64,000 nt of DNA from an uncultured Candidatus Saccharibacteria bacterium (GCA_964509605.1 CAZDXF010000002.1:25514-89513); one strand, 5' to 3'; positions 10,277-20,311 are shown, numbered from the stretch's first letter. The notes: generated by a model not told the origin, from the sequence alone. Translations and numbers: made by a program.

Positions 10277-10522
10277 GTGCTCGCCTTCCCCACCCTCCAC
10301 TCTTGCCACGAGGTAATCATGCCCCTCCGTAGCTCGATGTCGGCTGTTGACTTCACTACTGCTCCCAGCGGTATGATGAAGGGCCCAGGTCCGAGAGTCC
10401 CTGTCTTTTCTGGGAACAGCGAACCTTCTACGGAAGAGAGGGTTCGTGAGGTTTTCCGGATGGAGGCTCGGACCAAGATGAATGAGAGGGCGAAGAAGAA
10501 GGCTCGCAAGAGGCGTAGCTAA
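10277..10522 (+). CDS. Small basic-tailed hypothetical ORF in a GC-rich fusA-tuf spacer (could instead be ncRNA)
   Basis: 81-aa ORF with a KKKARKRRS tail and elevated GC. Followed by a terminator hairpin. No recognizable family. Confidence 0.25.
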   Translation: MLAFPTLHSCHEVIMPLRSSMSAVDFTTAPSGMMKGPGPRVPVFSGNSEPSTEERVREVFRMEARTKMNERAKKKARKRRS

Positions 10523-10537
10523 GAGCGAACAAAGCAG

Positions 10538-10580
10538 AAGCCCCCGTCCCGATTTACTGGAACGGGGGCTTGAATTTTTA
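10538..10580 (+). terminator. Rho-independent terminator
   Basis: gcccccgtcc...gaacgggggc stem, then a T-run. Confidence 0.5.
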
Positions 10581-10587
10581 AAAAAAT

Positions 10588-10615
10588 TTGACTATTTCAC
10601 TCCCTTTGCTATGAT
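10588..10615 (+). promoter_or_regulatory. Putative sigma70-type promoter for tuf
   Basis: TTGACT (10588-10593), 16-nt spacer, TATGAT (10610-10615). Confidence 0.4.
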
Positions 10616-10754
10616 ACTTCCCACGCTTTTGGCGTTTCTACCCCCTTGTCTTGGTAGGGTAGTTTTGTTTTTTTAAAAATTATTTAATAGCTAATTATTT
10701 GAATTTACCAAATTCTCGCGCGGTAAATTCAGGTAAGTATTTAAAAAAATTATT

Positions 10755-11945
10755 ATGACAACATTTGATCGTTCAAAGCCACACGTAAACGTAGGTACAA
10801 TTGGCCACGTTGACCACGGCAAAACCACTCTTACAGCTGCAATTCTCAATGTTTTGAGCCGAGCTGGAAAGAAGGCAACAATAAAAGGAGTTGACCAAAT
10901 TGACAAAGCTCCTGAAGAAAAAGCAAGAGGAATTACAATTTCTCTTTCTCACAATGAGTATGAGACCGACGCTCGTCACTATGCTCACATAGACGCTCCT
11001 GGACACGCTGACTACATTAAAAACATGATTACCGGTGCCGCTCAAATGGACGGCGCAGTTCTTGTTGTTGCAGCAACAGACGGAGTTATGCCACAAACAA
11101 GAGAACACGTTCTCTTGGCTAAGCAGGTTGGTGTTCCTAAAATCATCGTTTTCCTTAACAAGTGCGACATGGTTCCTGATAAGGAGCTCATTGACCTTGT
11201 CGAAGAGGAAGTTAGAGAGCTTCTCACAAAGTATGAATATGATGGTGCTAATGCACCTGTTATAAGAGGTTCTGGTCTCAAGGCTCTTGAAGCTACTGGA
11301 ACAGACGATGAATGGTCAAAAGCTATTCTTGATCTTGCAAACGCTCTTGATACGTACATTCCTTTGCCAGTTAGAGAGACAGATAAGCCATTCCTTATGC
11401 CAGTTGAAGACATCTTCTCAATTGAAGGAAGAGGAACCGTTGTTACGGGAAGAATTGAAAGAGGAACAGTTAAAGTCGGAGAAGAAGTGGAGGTCATCGG
11501 TCTTAAAGAAACAGCAAAAACTACTGTTACTGGAATTGAAATGTTCAATAAGTCTCTTGATTCTGGAATTGCGGGAGACAATGCTGGAATTCTCGTTAGA
11601 GGTTTGAAGAAAGAGGACATTACAAGAGGTCAGGTTCTAGCAAAGCCAGGTTCTGTTACTCCTCATACAGAATTTGAAGCAGAAGTTTACATCTTGAAAA
11701 AGGAAGAAGGCGGAAGACACACTCCATTCTTCTCTGGTTATAAACCTCAGTTCTACATTAGAACAACAGATGTGACCGGAGAGGTTACTTTGGCAGAAGG
11801 TGTTGAAATGGTTATGCCAGGAGACACTGTTACATTCAAAGTTAAGCTTGTTGCTCCGGTTGCTTTGGAGGAAAAACAGAGATTTGCTATTAGAGAGGGA
11901 GGAAAAACTGTTGGTGCAGGAGTTGTAACTAAAGTTGTTGCATAA
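10755..11945 (+). CDS. tuf: Elongation factor Tu
   Basis: [18 protein letters not shown] motifs; 396 aa. Confidence 0.95.
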   Translation: MTTFDRSKPHVNVGTIGHVDHGKTTLTAAILNVLSRAGKKATIKGVDQIDKAPEEKARGITISLSHNEYETDARHYAHIDAPGHADYIKNMITGAAQMDGAVLVVAATDGVMPQTREHVLLAKQVGVPKIIVFLNKCDMVPDKELIDLVEEEVRELLTKYEYDGANAPVIRGSGLKALEATGTDDEWSKAILDLANALDTYIPLPVRETDKPFLMPVEDIFSIEGRGTVVTGRIERGTVKVGEEVEVIGLKETAKTTVTGIEMFNKSLDSGIAGDNAGILVRGLKKEDITRGQVLAKPGSVTPHTEFEAEVYILKKEEGGRHTPFFSGYKPQFYIRTTDVTGEVTLAEGVEMVMPGDTVTFKVKLVAPVALEEKQRFAIREGGKTVGAGVVTKVVA

Positions 11946-11996
11946 GGTTTAAAAGCGTATAGCCTTTTAAACCCGACTGTTTCAAGCATAAAAATC

Positions 11997-12356
11997 GTGG
12001 CAAAAGAAACAAAAAAGAAAACAGTTAAAAAACAGGCAAAAGACACTCCTGTTTCCAAGCTGAGAATTAGAGTCAGAGCATATGAGTACAAAATACTCGA
12101 TGTTTCTGTAAAGCAGATCATGGACACGGCAATTCGCTATGATGCAGAAGTGCAAGGGCCAATACCTCTGCCGACGGAAATTAAAAAATATACCGTCAAT
12201 AGAGCCTCATTCGTCTACAAAAATGCGCGAGAGCAGTTCGAAATGAGGATCCACAAGAGGTTGATAGATATAGTGAACCCAACACCAAAGCTTATTGAGT
12301 CTCTGACAAACTTATCGCTTCCGTCTGGGGTAAATATAGATGTGAAGCTGATGTAA
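11997..12356 (+). CDS. rpsJ: 30S ribosomal protein S10
   Basis: S10 sequence ([12 protein letters not shown]...). Confidence 0.9.
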   Translation: MAKETKKKTVKKQAKDTPVSKLRIRVRAYEYKILDVSVKQIMDTAIRYDAEVQGPIPLPTEIKKYTVNRASFVYKNAREQFEMRIHKRLIDIVNPTPKLIESLTNLSLPSGVNIDVKLM

Positions 12357-12410
12357 GTAAAAACAAAGAGTAAAGTGGCTGTGTTTTCGGTCACTTCACT
12401 CATAAAAACA

Positions 12411-13016
12411 ATGAAATTTCTTCTTGCAAAAAAACAGAATATGACACAGATCTTTACCGAAGAAGGTAAGGCTGTTCCCGTGACTGTTTTAGAAGCAGGA
12501 CCTGTAACAATTGTGGCCAATAAAGAAGTTGCGCGAGACGGCTATAAAGCTGTTCAGGTTGGTTTTGGAGAAAAGAGAGAAAAAAACATTTCCAAACCTC
12601 AAAAAGGACATTTAAAGGGACTCGGCAATTTTGCCATTCTTAAAGAATTTAGAACTGATGATGGAGAATTTAACGTTGGTGACAAGATAGACGTTTCTGT
12701 TTTTTCTCCCGGAGATAAAATTACAATTTCTTCAACTTCTAAAGGCAAAGGTTTTCAAGGGGTTGTAAAAAGACACGGCTTCAAAGGAGGTCCGAGAAGT
12801 CATGGTCAGAAGCACTCCGAAAGAGAGCCTGGTTCTATAGGAGGAGGTTTGCGAAATAAAGTTCCAAAAGGAATGAGAATGGCGGGCAGAATGGGAAGCG
12901 ACAGAACTACACTTAAAAAAGTTTTGGTTGTTGAAGTGGACAAGGAAAATAATCAGCTCTTTATAAAAGGAGCTGTTCCAGGAAGGAGAGGGACACTGGT
13001 TGAAATACGAGGATAA
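12411..13016 (+). CDS. rplC: 50S ribosomal protein L3 (start moved to MKFLLAKK)
   Basis: L3 sequence; N-terminus MKxLLxKKxxMTQIF. Confidence 0.85.
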   Translation: MKFLLAKKQNMTQIFTEEGKAVPVTVLEAGPVTIVANKEVARDGYKAVQVGFGEKREKNISKPQKGHLKGLGNFAILKEFRTDDGEFNVGDKIDVSVFSPGDKITISSTSKGKGFQGVVKRHGFKGGPRSHGQKHSEREPGSIGGGLRNKVPKGMRMAGRMGSDRTTLKKVLVVEVDKENNQLFIKGAVPGRRGTLVEIRG

Positions 13017-13026
13017 TTTTTAAAAC

Positions 13027-13803
13027 ATGGCAACAGCAACTGCAAAAACGAAAACAAAAAAAGAAAGTGTTGTAAAAAACACAAATTCTTTTGAGTTGCC
13101 AGTCTATGATTCAAAAGGTAAAGAAGTTGAAAAATTTTCTCTAGATGAAAATATTTTTGGAGCAAAATGGAATGCAGACTTGGTACATCAGGTGGTGGTT
13201 TCTGCACTTTCTTCTTCAAGAAATCCTATATCTCACACTAAAAACAGGGGAGAAGTAAGTGGGGGTGGTAAAAAACCTTGGAGACAAAAAGGGACAGGAA
13301 GAGCGAGGCACGGATCCACCAGATCCCCAATCTGGGTAGGCGGAGGAGTGGCTCACGGTCCAAGAAATGAGAAAAATTACGACAGAAAAATAAACAAGAC
13401 AATGAAGTCTAAGGCTCTTTCTGCCATTCTTTCAAAAAAACTAAAAGAAGGAGAAATCTTTCTGATAGATTCAATTTCTTTCTCTCAGCCAAAGACAAAA
13501 GAAGCAAAAGGTGTGGTTGAAAATTGGAAATCAGTATCTGGTCTAGACAGCATTGTTTCAAAAAGAAACAACGCTTTCATTCTCGCCACACCAAACAAAG
13601 AATCCAATCTAGTTAAAAGTTTCCAAAATTTTGGAAATGTTTCTGTTGAAGAAATCAGAAACATAAATCCGGTTTCTCTTTTGAAATACAAAGGCCTTGT
13701 TATTCTTGATCCAAAGAAATCTCTTGCGACTTTGTACGAAAGATTCGAATCTGTTTCAAAAGAGAAAATAAAAGAACCGAAACCAAAGAAGGTTAAAAAA
13801 TAA
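13027..13803 (+). CDS. rplD: 50S ribosomal protein L4
   Basis: L4 sequence; operon position. Confidence 0.85.
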   Translation: MATATAKTKTKKESVVKNTNSFELPVYDSKGKEVEKFSLDENIFGAKWNADLVHQVVVSALSSSRNPISHTKNRGEVSGGGKKPWRQKGTGRARHGSTRSPIWVGGGVAHGPRNEKNYDRKINKTMKSKALSAILSKKLKEGEIFLIDSISFSQPKTKEAKGVVENWKSVSGLDSIVSKRNNAFILATPNKESNLVKSFQNFGNVSVEEIRNINPVSLLKYKGLVILDPKKSLATLYERFESVSKEKIKEPKPKKVKK

Positions 13804-13804
13804 A

Positions 13805-14188
13805 ATGGCAGCAATTTTTGGAAAAAAGAAAAAAGATAAAGTGGAAGAAGCACCAAAAGAAGTGGTGAAGCAATCCTCTGAATCAAAGAAGACGGCTCCC
13901 ATTGTTTCTTCAGACTTTAAAAACCCCCTTCTCTCCCCGAGAATTACTGAAAAAGCTTCTGAAAGAGCTATGAACGGGAATGCCTATGTTTTTAATGTGG
14001 ATCAAAGGGCGACAAAAAAAGATATTTCAAAAGCCGTATCAAAAATTTACAAAGTTTCTCCGGTCAAAGTTTCTGTGGTTAGGATCCCAAGAAAGCAGAT
14101 TGTCGTGAGAGGGAAAAAGGGCATGCGTCCTGGTGGTAAGAAAGCCTATGTTTACTTGAAAGACGGAGACAAAATAGAATTTGTATAG
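13805..14188 (+). CDS. rplW: 50S ribosomal protein L23
   Basis: L23 C-terminal core with an N-terminal extension; operon position. Confidence 0.8.
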   Translation: MAAIFGKKKKDKVEEAPKEVVKQSSESKKTAPIVSSDFKNPLLSPRITEKASERAMNGNAYVFNVDQRATKKDISKAVSKIYKVSPVKVSVVRIPRKQIVVRGKKGMRPGGKKAYVYLKDGDKIEFV

Positions 14189-14198
14189 AAAATCATGA

Positions 14199-14281
14199 AT
14201 CCCGTTAGAAAGGACAAAAAAATAGGTTGCTATGGTCAAATTGCTTATCAATATGTTATAAGTAGTACTTTCTAACGGGAT
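14199..14281. repeat. Palindromic intergenic element, family A, copy 2
   Basis: ATCCCGTTAGAAA (14199-14211) / TTTCTAACGGGAT (14269-14281). The 3' arm ends in the rplB ATG. Confidence 0.5.
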
Positions 14282-15119
14282 GAAAAAATTTAGACCAACA
14301 ACACCATCACGCAGGCAAATGACCACCATCAATTATGCCCGCATCCTAACAAAAAAAGACCCAGAAAAGTCTCTCACTTCTGGTTTTAAGCGTTCTGTTG
14401 GAAGAAATAACCAAGGTAGAATTACAGTCAGACACAAAGGTTCTGGCCACAAAAGACTTTATAGACAAGTTGATTTTTCATACAACAAAATAAATATTCC
14501 CTACACTATAAAATCTATCGAATACGATCCAAATAGAACCGGTTTTATAGGTTTGGCGGTTTATAAAGATGGTGAGAAAAGATATGTCCTTCTTCACAAA
14601 GAAGCTAAAGTTGGCGATGAATATATTGTTTCCGAGAACGCTTCAATAACAGCGGGAAACAGGCTCCCTCTTAAAAATATAGGAGTTGGAACATTTGTTT
14701 TCAATGTTGAAGTTAAGCCAAGAGGGGGGGCGAAACTCGGAAGGTCTGCTGGTAATTTTATAGAAGTTGTAGCAAAGGATGCTGGTTATATTGACTTGAA
14801 AATGCCTTCAAGTGAAATTAGAAAAGTTAGCGAAAATTGCTGGGCTACTGTCGGTGAGGTATCAAACGAAGAGAATCGTTTGGTCAATCTTGGAAAAGCG
14901 GGCAGAAGCAGATGGTTGGGTATTAGGCCTACAGTTAGAGGTTCTGCAATGAACCCAGTTGATCATCCGCACGGAGGTGGAGAGGGGCGTTCAGGAAGAG
15001 GTCACAGGAGAGCTCGAACAGCTACCGGAAAACCAATAGGAAAGGGTCAAAAATCTCGCCGATCAAAGAAATACTCAAATAAGTTTATTGTTAGAAGAAG
15101 GAAGGTGGGGAAGAAGTAG
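14280..15119 (+). CDS. rplB: 50S ribosomal protein L2
   Basis: L2 sequence (GRNNQGRITVRHKGSGHKR...). Confidence 0.9.
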   Translation: MKKFRPTTPSRRQMTTINYARILTKKDPEKSLTSGFKRSVGRNNQGRITVRHKGSGHKRLYRQVDFSYNKINIPYTIKSIEYDPNRTGFIGLAVYKDGEKRYVLLHKEAKVGDEYIVSENASITAGNRLPLKNIGVGTFVFNVEVKPRGGAKLGRSAGNFIEVVAKDAGYIDLKMPSSEIRKVSENCWATVGEVSNEENRLVNLGKAGRSRWLGIRPTVRGSAMNPVDHPHGGGEGRSGRGHRRARTATGKPIGKGQKSRRSKKYSNKFIVRRRKVGKK

Positions 15120-15340
15120 AAACTAGCTGTTAGTTTGCTTTTAAATCCGAATCCCCTATATAGCTTAAATCCAAAAGCTAGAAGCTAACTTTCATTTGAC
15201 ACAAAGCCCTTATTTGTATAGTATCTTTGGAAGCTCGTTCGAGCTTTTTATGTTCGTATTTTTATTTTTTCAGGTCTTAGCTGTTTAAACTAAAAGCTAG
15301 CGACTAAAAACTGACAACTTATTTAATGACACGCTCAAGC

Positions 15341-15410
15341 AAAAAAGGTCCACCCCAAACGAAACGACAGTCGGCAAGCGACCCGTTTCGTACGGGGCGA
15401 GAGGGGGCGG
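15341..15410. repeat. Structured repeat, family B, copy 2, in the unusually long rplB-rpsS spacer
   Basis: AAAAAAGGTCCACCCCAAACGAAAC...ACGGGGCGAGAGGGGG. Flanked by a 27-bp duplication of the rpsS start (15326-15352 = 15451-15477). Confidence 0.4.
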
Positions 15411-15449
15411 GTTGGATGTAGGTATTGCAGATGTAGAGTATTATCATTT

Positions 15450-15791
15450 ATGACACGCTCAAGCAAAAAAGGTCCATATGTATACGAAAGACTCCTCAAG
15501 AAAATTGAGGGTAAAAAACCAGCAGATGTTGGACTTATTAAGACTTGGGCAAGAGATAGTCAGATATCTCCAGAAATGGTTGGTTTTACTTTTGGAGTCC
15601 ACAACGGCAAAGAGCATTTAGAAGTTTTTGTTACAGAAGATATGGTTGGTCACAGATTTGGCGAATTTTCTCCTACCCGCAAATTTGTTCGACACGGAGG
15701 AAAGATGCAGAAAGAGCTTGAACAGAAAAAGAAAGAGTCTGAAATAGCAGCAGCTCAAGCCGCTAAAGCATCAACTGCTTCAGCTAAGTAA
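15450..15791 (+). CDS. rpsS: 30S ribosomal protein S19
   Basis: S19 sequence with a C-terminal extension. Confidence 0.9.
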   Translation: MTRSSKKGPYVYERLLKKIEGKKPADVGLIKTWARDSQISPEMVGFTFGVHNGKEHLEVFVTEDMVGHRFGEFSPTRKFVRHGGKMQKELEQKKKESEIAAAQAAKASTASAK

Positions 15792-15796
15792 AATAT

Positions 15797-16174
15797 ATGG
15801 AAAGAGCGACAGCAAAACTAGATAGTTATAGACAGTCTCCGAGAAAAGTTCGGGTTGTTGCAAATACTGTAAAAGGCAAAAGTGTCAAAGAGGCAATGAC
15901 AACTTTATCTTTTCTTCCCAAGAGAGCTTCAGCTCCGCTTTTAAAACTTATTCAATCAGCGGTTTCAAATGCAAAAAATGCAAATCTATCGGCCGATGAG
16001 CTTTTGGTAAAAGAAATGAGGGTTGATGGTGGTCCAATTTTGTACAGAAGAAGGAGTGCTTCAAGAGGAAGAGCCCCTATTGTTAGAAAAAGGACTAGTC
16101 ATATAATGGTTGTTTTGGAGAAAGGAGAAAAAAAGAAGAAAAATAAGACTAAAACATCAAAAGAGCAAAAATAA
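15797..16174 (+). CDS. rplV: 50S ribosomal protein L22
   Basis: L22 sequence. Confidence 0.85.
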   Translation: MERATAKLDSYRQSPRKVRVVANTVKGKSVKEAMTTLSFLPKRASAPLLKLIQSAVSNAKNANLSADELLVKEMRVDGGPILYRRRSASRGRAPIVRKRTSHIMVVLEKGEKKKKNKTKTSKEQK

Positions 16175-16185
16175 TTTTAATATTT

Positions 16186-16854
16186 ATGTCCCACACAGTT
16201 CACCCATATTCTCATAGATTAGGAATAATAAGAGATTGGAAATCTCGCTGGTTTGGGCTAAAAGGGAAATATAAAGATTTTTTAAGAGGGGATATTTTGA
16301 TAAGAAATTTCCTTGAAAAGAAACTTAGAAACAGCTTCGTTAGTTCAATAGAGATAGAAAGGAGTGAGAAGATTCTCAGAATCATAATTGAAACTTCAAG
16401 ACCTGGCGCAATAATTGGAAGAAGCGGAGACGGAGCTCTTAAGTTGAAGGAGGAAGTCGTTTCTATGTTAAAGAAAAATGGTGTATATAAACATCAGGAA
16501 GAAGTTCGCCTTGATATAAAAGAAATTAAATCTCCAGAATCAAACGCTTACATTGTTGCGCAAATGGTCACAGAAGGTTTGGAGAAAAGGTTGCCTTACA
16601 GGAGGGTTGTAAAGCAAATTGTAGAAAAGGTGATGGCCAATAGAGATGTTAAGGGGGTAAAGATTACGGTTGGAGGCAGACTTGGTGGCTCAACTATTGC
16701 AAGAGGAGAAACCAGAAAGCTTGGCAGAATTCCCCTTCAAACTTTTAGAGCGGATGTTGATTATGCAAATAGAGAAGCCAGACTTCCTTATGGAAACTTG
16801 GGAGTAAAAGTTTGGATATATAGAGGAGAAATTTTCAATAAGCAAGAGAATTAA
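16186..16854 (+). CDS. rpsC: 30S ribosomal protein S3
   Basis: S3 sequence with KH domain. Confidence 0.9.
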   Translation: MSHTVHPYSHRLGIIRDWKSRWFGLKGKYKDFLRGDILIRNFLEKKLRNSFVSSIEIERSEKILRIIIETSRPGAIIGRSGDGALKLKEEVVSMLKKNGVYKHQEEVRLDIKEIKSPESNAYIVAQMVTEGLEKRLPYRRVVKQIVEKVMANRDVKGVKITVGGRLGGSTIARGETRKLGRIPLQTFRADVDYANREARLPYGNLGVKVWIYRGEIFNKQEN

Positions 16855-16865
16855 TTTTAGAGATT

Positions 16866-17285
16866 ATGTTATTCCCAAAGAAAGTAAAATTTAGAAAATG
16901 GCATACTATGCGCCGAAACAAGGACAGAGCTCAGGTTGCCACTCGCGGAGCTTCTGTTGACTTCGGTTCTTTCGGTTTGAAATCAGCGGAAGCGGGTAGA
17001 ATCAGATCAAACCAAATAGAAGCTGCTAGAAAAGTAATTTCACGATATTTGGGAAAAACTGGAAAGACTTGGATTCGTATTTTTCCTGATATGCCTTATA
17101 CTCAGAAGCCCGCAGAAGTAAAAATGGGTAAGGGCAAGGGTGATTTGCAGGGGTATTGCGCTCCAGTTTTACCGGGAAGGGTTCTTTTTGAGGTTGATGG
17201 TGTGGCAGATGCCATCGCTAGAGAAGCTTTAAGAAAAGCCGGTACTAAGCTTCCAGTAAAAACAAGAGTTGTTGCAAGACAATAA
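16866..17285 (+). CDS. rplP: 50S ribosomal protein L16
   Basis: L16 sequence (KFRKWHTMRR...). Confidence 0.9.
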   Translation: MLFPKKVKFRKWHTMRRNKDRAQVATRGASVDFGSFGLKSAEAGRIRSNQIEAARKVISRYLGKTGKTWIRIFPDMPYTQKPAEVKMGKGKGDLQGYCAPVLPGRVLFEVDGVADAIAREALRKAGTKLPVKTRVVARQ

Positions 17286-17293
17286 ACAGTCAT

Positions 17294-17488
17294 ATGAAAG
17301 ATTTGAAAGACAAAAACGAAAAAGATTTACAGAAGATGCTTCAGGAGAAGAGAGAGTCTATTCAGTCTTTTAGATTTGGTGTTGCTGGCAGTAAGGTCAG
17401 GAATGTAAGAGAGGGTAGAAATTTAAAAAAGGATGTTGCGCGTATTATGACAGAGATATCTTCAAGGAAGAATAAAGAAATAAAATAA
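17294..17488 (+). CDS. rpmC: 50S ribosomal protein L29
   Basis: Size and position; L29-like helical protein. Confidence 0.8.
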   Translation: MKDLKDKNEKDLQKMLQEKRESIQSFRFGVAGSKVRNVREGRNLKKDVARIMTEISSRKNKEIK

Positions 17489-17489
17489 C

Positions 17490-17750
17490 ATGGAAAATAA
17501 TTCAGAAAAAAAGCAAGTATCCTTGAACGGGAAAAAATTTTCCGGGGTTGTTGTGTCTGACAAGATGAAAGATACAGTTGTTGTTCTTGTAGAAAGATAT
17601 GAAAAACATCCAAAGTATGAAAAATACATACGAAGGAGTAAAAAATACAAAGCTCATGACAAAGACAACACAAAGCGAATCGGAGAAAAGGTTACGATAC
17701 AGGAGACCAAACCAATTTCAAAAGACAAAAGATTTATAGTAATTTCATAA
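17490..17750 (+). CDS. rpsQ: 30S ribosomal protein S17
   Basis: S17 sequence; operon position. Confidence 0.85.
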   Translation: MENNSEKKQVSLNGKKFSGVVVSDKMKDTVVVLVERYEKHPKYEKYIRRSKKYKAHDKDNTKRIGEKVTIQETKPISKDKRFIVIS

Positions 17751-17751
17751 A

Positions 17752-18123
17752 ATGATTCAACCACGATCCATTGTTAAAATAGCAGACAATTCCGGAGCCA
17801 AAATCGGGCGTATTTTCAAGGTGTTAGGAGGTTCAAAAAAGAGATATGCCAGAATTGGAGATTTGGTAGTTCTTTCTGTCCAGTCTGCCCAACCAAGAAA
17901 GCAGATTAAGAAAAAAGATGTGTTATACGCTGTTGTGGCAAGGCAGAAATATCCTTTCAGAAGAGCGGACGGATCTTATATAAGATTTGATGAGAACGCT
18001 GTGGTTATTGTTGATAAAACAAAACACGAGCCAATTGCCGGTCGTGTATTCGGCCCCATTCCAAGAGAGCTTGGAGAAAAAGGCTTTCAGCAGATCATTT
18101 CTCTTGCTCCGGAAGTTGTATAG
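17752..18123 (+). CDS. rplN: 50S ribosomal protein L14
   Basis: L14 sequence (MIQPRSIVKIADNSGAK...). Confidence 0.9.
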   Translation: MIQPRSIVKIADNSGAKIGRIFKVLGGSKKRYARIGDLVVLSVQSAQPRKQIKKKDVLYAVVARQKYPFRRADGSYIRFDENAVVIVDKTKHEPIAGRVFGPIPRELGEKGFQQIISLAPEVV

Positions 18124-18131
18124 TGGAATGA

Positions 18132-18249
18132 ATCCCGTAAGAAATCGCGATCGCTTTATTACAAAACAAACATGTCGACAATAAATAATTTATCAGTTAT
18201 ATTCACAGTGGATTACGATCAGATGATCGCGATCTATTTCTAACGGGAT
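18132..18249. repeat. Palindromic intergenic element, family A, copy 3
   Basis: ATCCCGTAAGAAATCGCGATCGC / GATCGCGATCTATTTCTAACGGGAT. The 3' arm ends in the rplX ATG (18248). Confidence 0.5.
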
Positions 18250-18553
18250 GAAAATCAAAAAAGGAGACAATGTAATAGTGATTTCAGGTAAAGACAAAGG
18301 AAAAACAGGAAAAGTTTCTCGCTCTTTTCCTCGTGAAAACAAAGTAATTATTTCTGGGGTAAATATTAAAAAAATTCACAAGAGACCGACCAAGTCAGGT
18401 CAAAAAGGTCAGGTAATAGATCAAGCTTCCCCTATTCATGTATCAAATGTTATGATTGCCGATCCAAAAAATAACAAACCAAGCAGGGTGGGTTTCTTAA
18501 AAAAAGGGGATAAGAAAGAAAGAGTTTCAAAAAAAAGCGGATCTGCAATATAA
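18248..18553 (+). CDS. rplX: 50S ribosomal protein L24
   Basis: L24 KOW-domain sequence (MKIKKGDNVIVISGKDKGK). Confidence 0.85.
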   Translation: MKIKKGDNVIVISGKDKGKTGKVSRSFPRENKVIISGVNIKKIHKRPTKSGQKGQVIDQASPIHVSNVMIADPKNNKPSRVGFLKKGDKKERVSKKSGSAI

Positions 18554-18563
18554 ATAAAATCTA

Positions 18564-19124
18564 ATGGAAACAATAAGGAAAAAAGAAAAGAAAGCTTTTG
18601 AAGCCCTGAAAGATAAAATGGGTTATAAAAACCTTATGCAATCTCCAAAGATTGTTAAGGTTGTCGTATCTGCTGGCACGGGCTCTTTCAAAGATCCTAA
18701 AAAGAAAGAATTGGCAATTGATAGAATTACTAAAATTACTGGTCAGAAGCCTTCTGTTAAGGGTGCAAAACAATCGGTGGCCGCTTTTAAAGTTCGACAG
18801 GGAGACCCAGTAGGACTCCAAGTAACTCTTAGAGGAAAGAGAATGTATGATTTTTTGGATAAGCTCATAAACATAGCATTGCCCAGAACAAAAGACTTTA
18901 GAGGTATTTCTATAAAATCCATTGATGATATGGGCAATTATACTCTTGGAATAAGAGAGCATATAATTTTTCCGGAAACCACGGATGAAGAGCTTAAAGA
19001 TGTCTTCGGTTTGGCGGTCACGGTAGTCACTAGTGCTAATAGCAAGGAAGAGACAAAAGCTTTCTTGGAACATCTGAATTTTCCATTCAAGAAAGAGGAA
19101 GAAAACCAGGGCAAAAAGAGGTAA
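18564..19124 (+). CDS. rplE: 50S ribosomal protein L5
   Basis: L5 sequence. Confidence 0.9.
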   Translation: METIRKKEKKAFEALKDKMGYKNLMQSPKIVKVVVSAGTGSFKDPKKKELAIDRITKITGQKPSVKGAKQSVAAFKVRQGDPVGLQVTLRGKRMYDFLDKLINIALPRTKDFRGISIKSIDDMGNYTLGIREHIIFPETTDEELKDVFGLAVTVVTSANSKEETKAFLEHLNFPFKKEEENQGKKR

Positions 19125-19196
19125 AAACCTTTATTTGACAAGCTTTTATTGCCTTGATAGGATGTAGCTCCAAAGCTTTCAAGAGCTTTTTATTTT

Positions 19197-19382
19197 ATGG
19201 CAAAGAAATCAGTTATAGCCAGATCTCTTAAAAAACCCAAATATGTAAGTAGGGTTGTTCGACGTTGTTTTAAATGCGGAAGGAAGCGTGGCTATATGAG
19301 AGATTTCGATCTTTGCAGAATCTGTTTTAGAGAACTTGCCAATGAAGGCAAAATTCCAGGTATAAAAAAATCTTCTTGGTAA
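19197..19382 (+). CDS. rpsN: 30S ribosomal protein S14 type Z (zinc-binding)
   Basis: 61 aa with CxxC...CxxC. Confidence 0.85.
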   Translation: MAKKSVIARSLKKPKYVSRVVRRCFKCGRKRGYMRDFDLCRICFRELANEGKIPGIKKSSW

Positions 19383-19386
19383 TAAT

Positions 19387-19770
19387 ATGACCGATCCTAT
19401 TTCTGACATGATAATAAGAATTAAAAATGCTGGAGAGTCCAGAAAAGAGACTTTGGTATTTCCTTATTCAAAATTAAAAATGGAAATTTGTTCTGTTTTG
19501 GAAAAAAAAGGTTTTATTAAATCAGCTTCTAAAAAGGGCAAGAAAACCAAAATGATAGAAGTTGTTTTGGTTGAAGGCAGAGAACCTCACATAAGGGGTG
19601 TAAAGAGGGTTTCAAAACCATCAAGAAGGATTTATAAAAAATATTCAGAATTGAGGCCTGTAAAAAATGGCTATGGAGCTTTGGTCCTTTCAACACCAAA
19701 AGGGATAATGACAAATCTGGAGGCTAAAAAAGATCGCCTCGGTGGTGAAGCCTTGTTTGAAATTTGGTAA
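19387..19770 (+). CDS. rpsH: 30S ribosomal protein S8
   Basis: S8 sequence (MTDPISDMIIRIKNA). Confidence 0.9.
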   Translation: MTDPISDMIIRIKNAGESRKETLVFPYSKLKMEICSVLEKKGFIKSASKKGKKTKMIEVVLVEGREPHIRGVKRVSKPSRRIYKKYSELRPVKNGYGALVLSTPKGIMTNLEAKKDRLGGEALFEIW

Positions 19771-19774
19771 AAAT

Positions 19775-20311
19775 ATGTCTAGAGTCGGAAAACAAATAAT
19801 TCAAATACCGGAGAAAGTAGAAGCGAAAATTTCTGAGAATATTTTTTCTGTAAAAGGACCCTTGGGCGATCTATCAAGGGAGATTCCAGAGAATCTCAAG
19901 GTTTCTGTTGAAAATGGATCAGTGTCTATTTCTCCCGTCTCAAATCCAGAGGCACTATCTGCCATATGGGGAACTTACAGTTCGCATATTTATAATATGG
20001 TAGAGGGAGTTTCAAAGGGTTTTGAGAAAAAACTTTTAGTTGAGGGGATTGGTTTCAAAGCTGATCTTAAGGGTGATAAGCTCGTTCTTGCCTTGGGATT
20101 TTCTCATCCGGTAGAAGTCTCTGTTCCTAAGGACTTAAAAGTTTCTATTGAAAAAAATACGATTTCTGTTTTTGGTGCTGATAAAGACAAGGTTGGTAGC
20201 TTCGCTTCTTATGTCAGATCTTTAAAGAAACCGGAACCTTACAAGGGCAAGGGCATAAGGTATGACGGTGAAGTTATAAAAATAAAACAAGGTAAGAAAT
20301 CAGTTGCGTAA
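19775..20311 (+). CDS. rplF: 50S ribosomal protein L6 (start moved to MSRVGKQ)
   Basis: L6 sequence. The ORF's GTG N-terminal extension overlaps rpsH and is rejected. Confidence 0.85.
   Translation: MSRVGKQIIQIPEKVEAKISENIFSVKGPLGDLSREIPENLKVSVENGSVSISPVSNPEALSAIWGTYSSHIYNMVEGVSKGFEKKLLVEGIGFKADLKGDKLVLALGFSHPVEVSVPKDLKVSIEKNTISVFGADKDKVGSFASYVRSLKKPEPYKGKGIRYDGEVIKIKQGKKSVA

Noticed and set aside
11042-11620. 192-aa antisense ORF inside tuf. Similar antisense ORFs lie in rplE (18561-19073), fusA (8384-8695) and other conserved genes.
   Set aside because: They lie opposite highly conserved genes and have low-complexity Ser/Thr-rich translations. These are typical shadow ORFs.
15326-15420. 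31-codon ORF starting at the duplicated rpsS ATG.
   Set aside because: It terminates inside the repeat with no recognizable product. It is treated as a by-product of the duplication.
19742-19774. GTG-initiated N-terminal extension of rplF overlapping rpsH.
   Set aside because: The canonical L6 N-terminus begins at the ATG at 19775, just after the rpsH stop.
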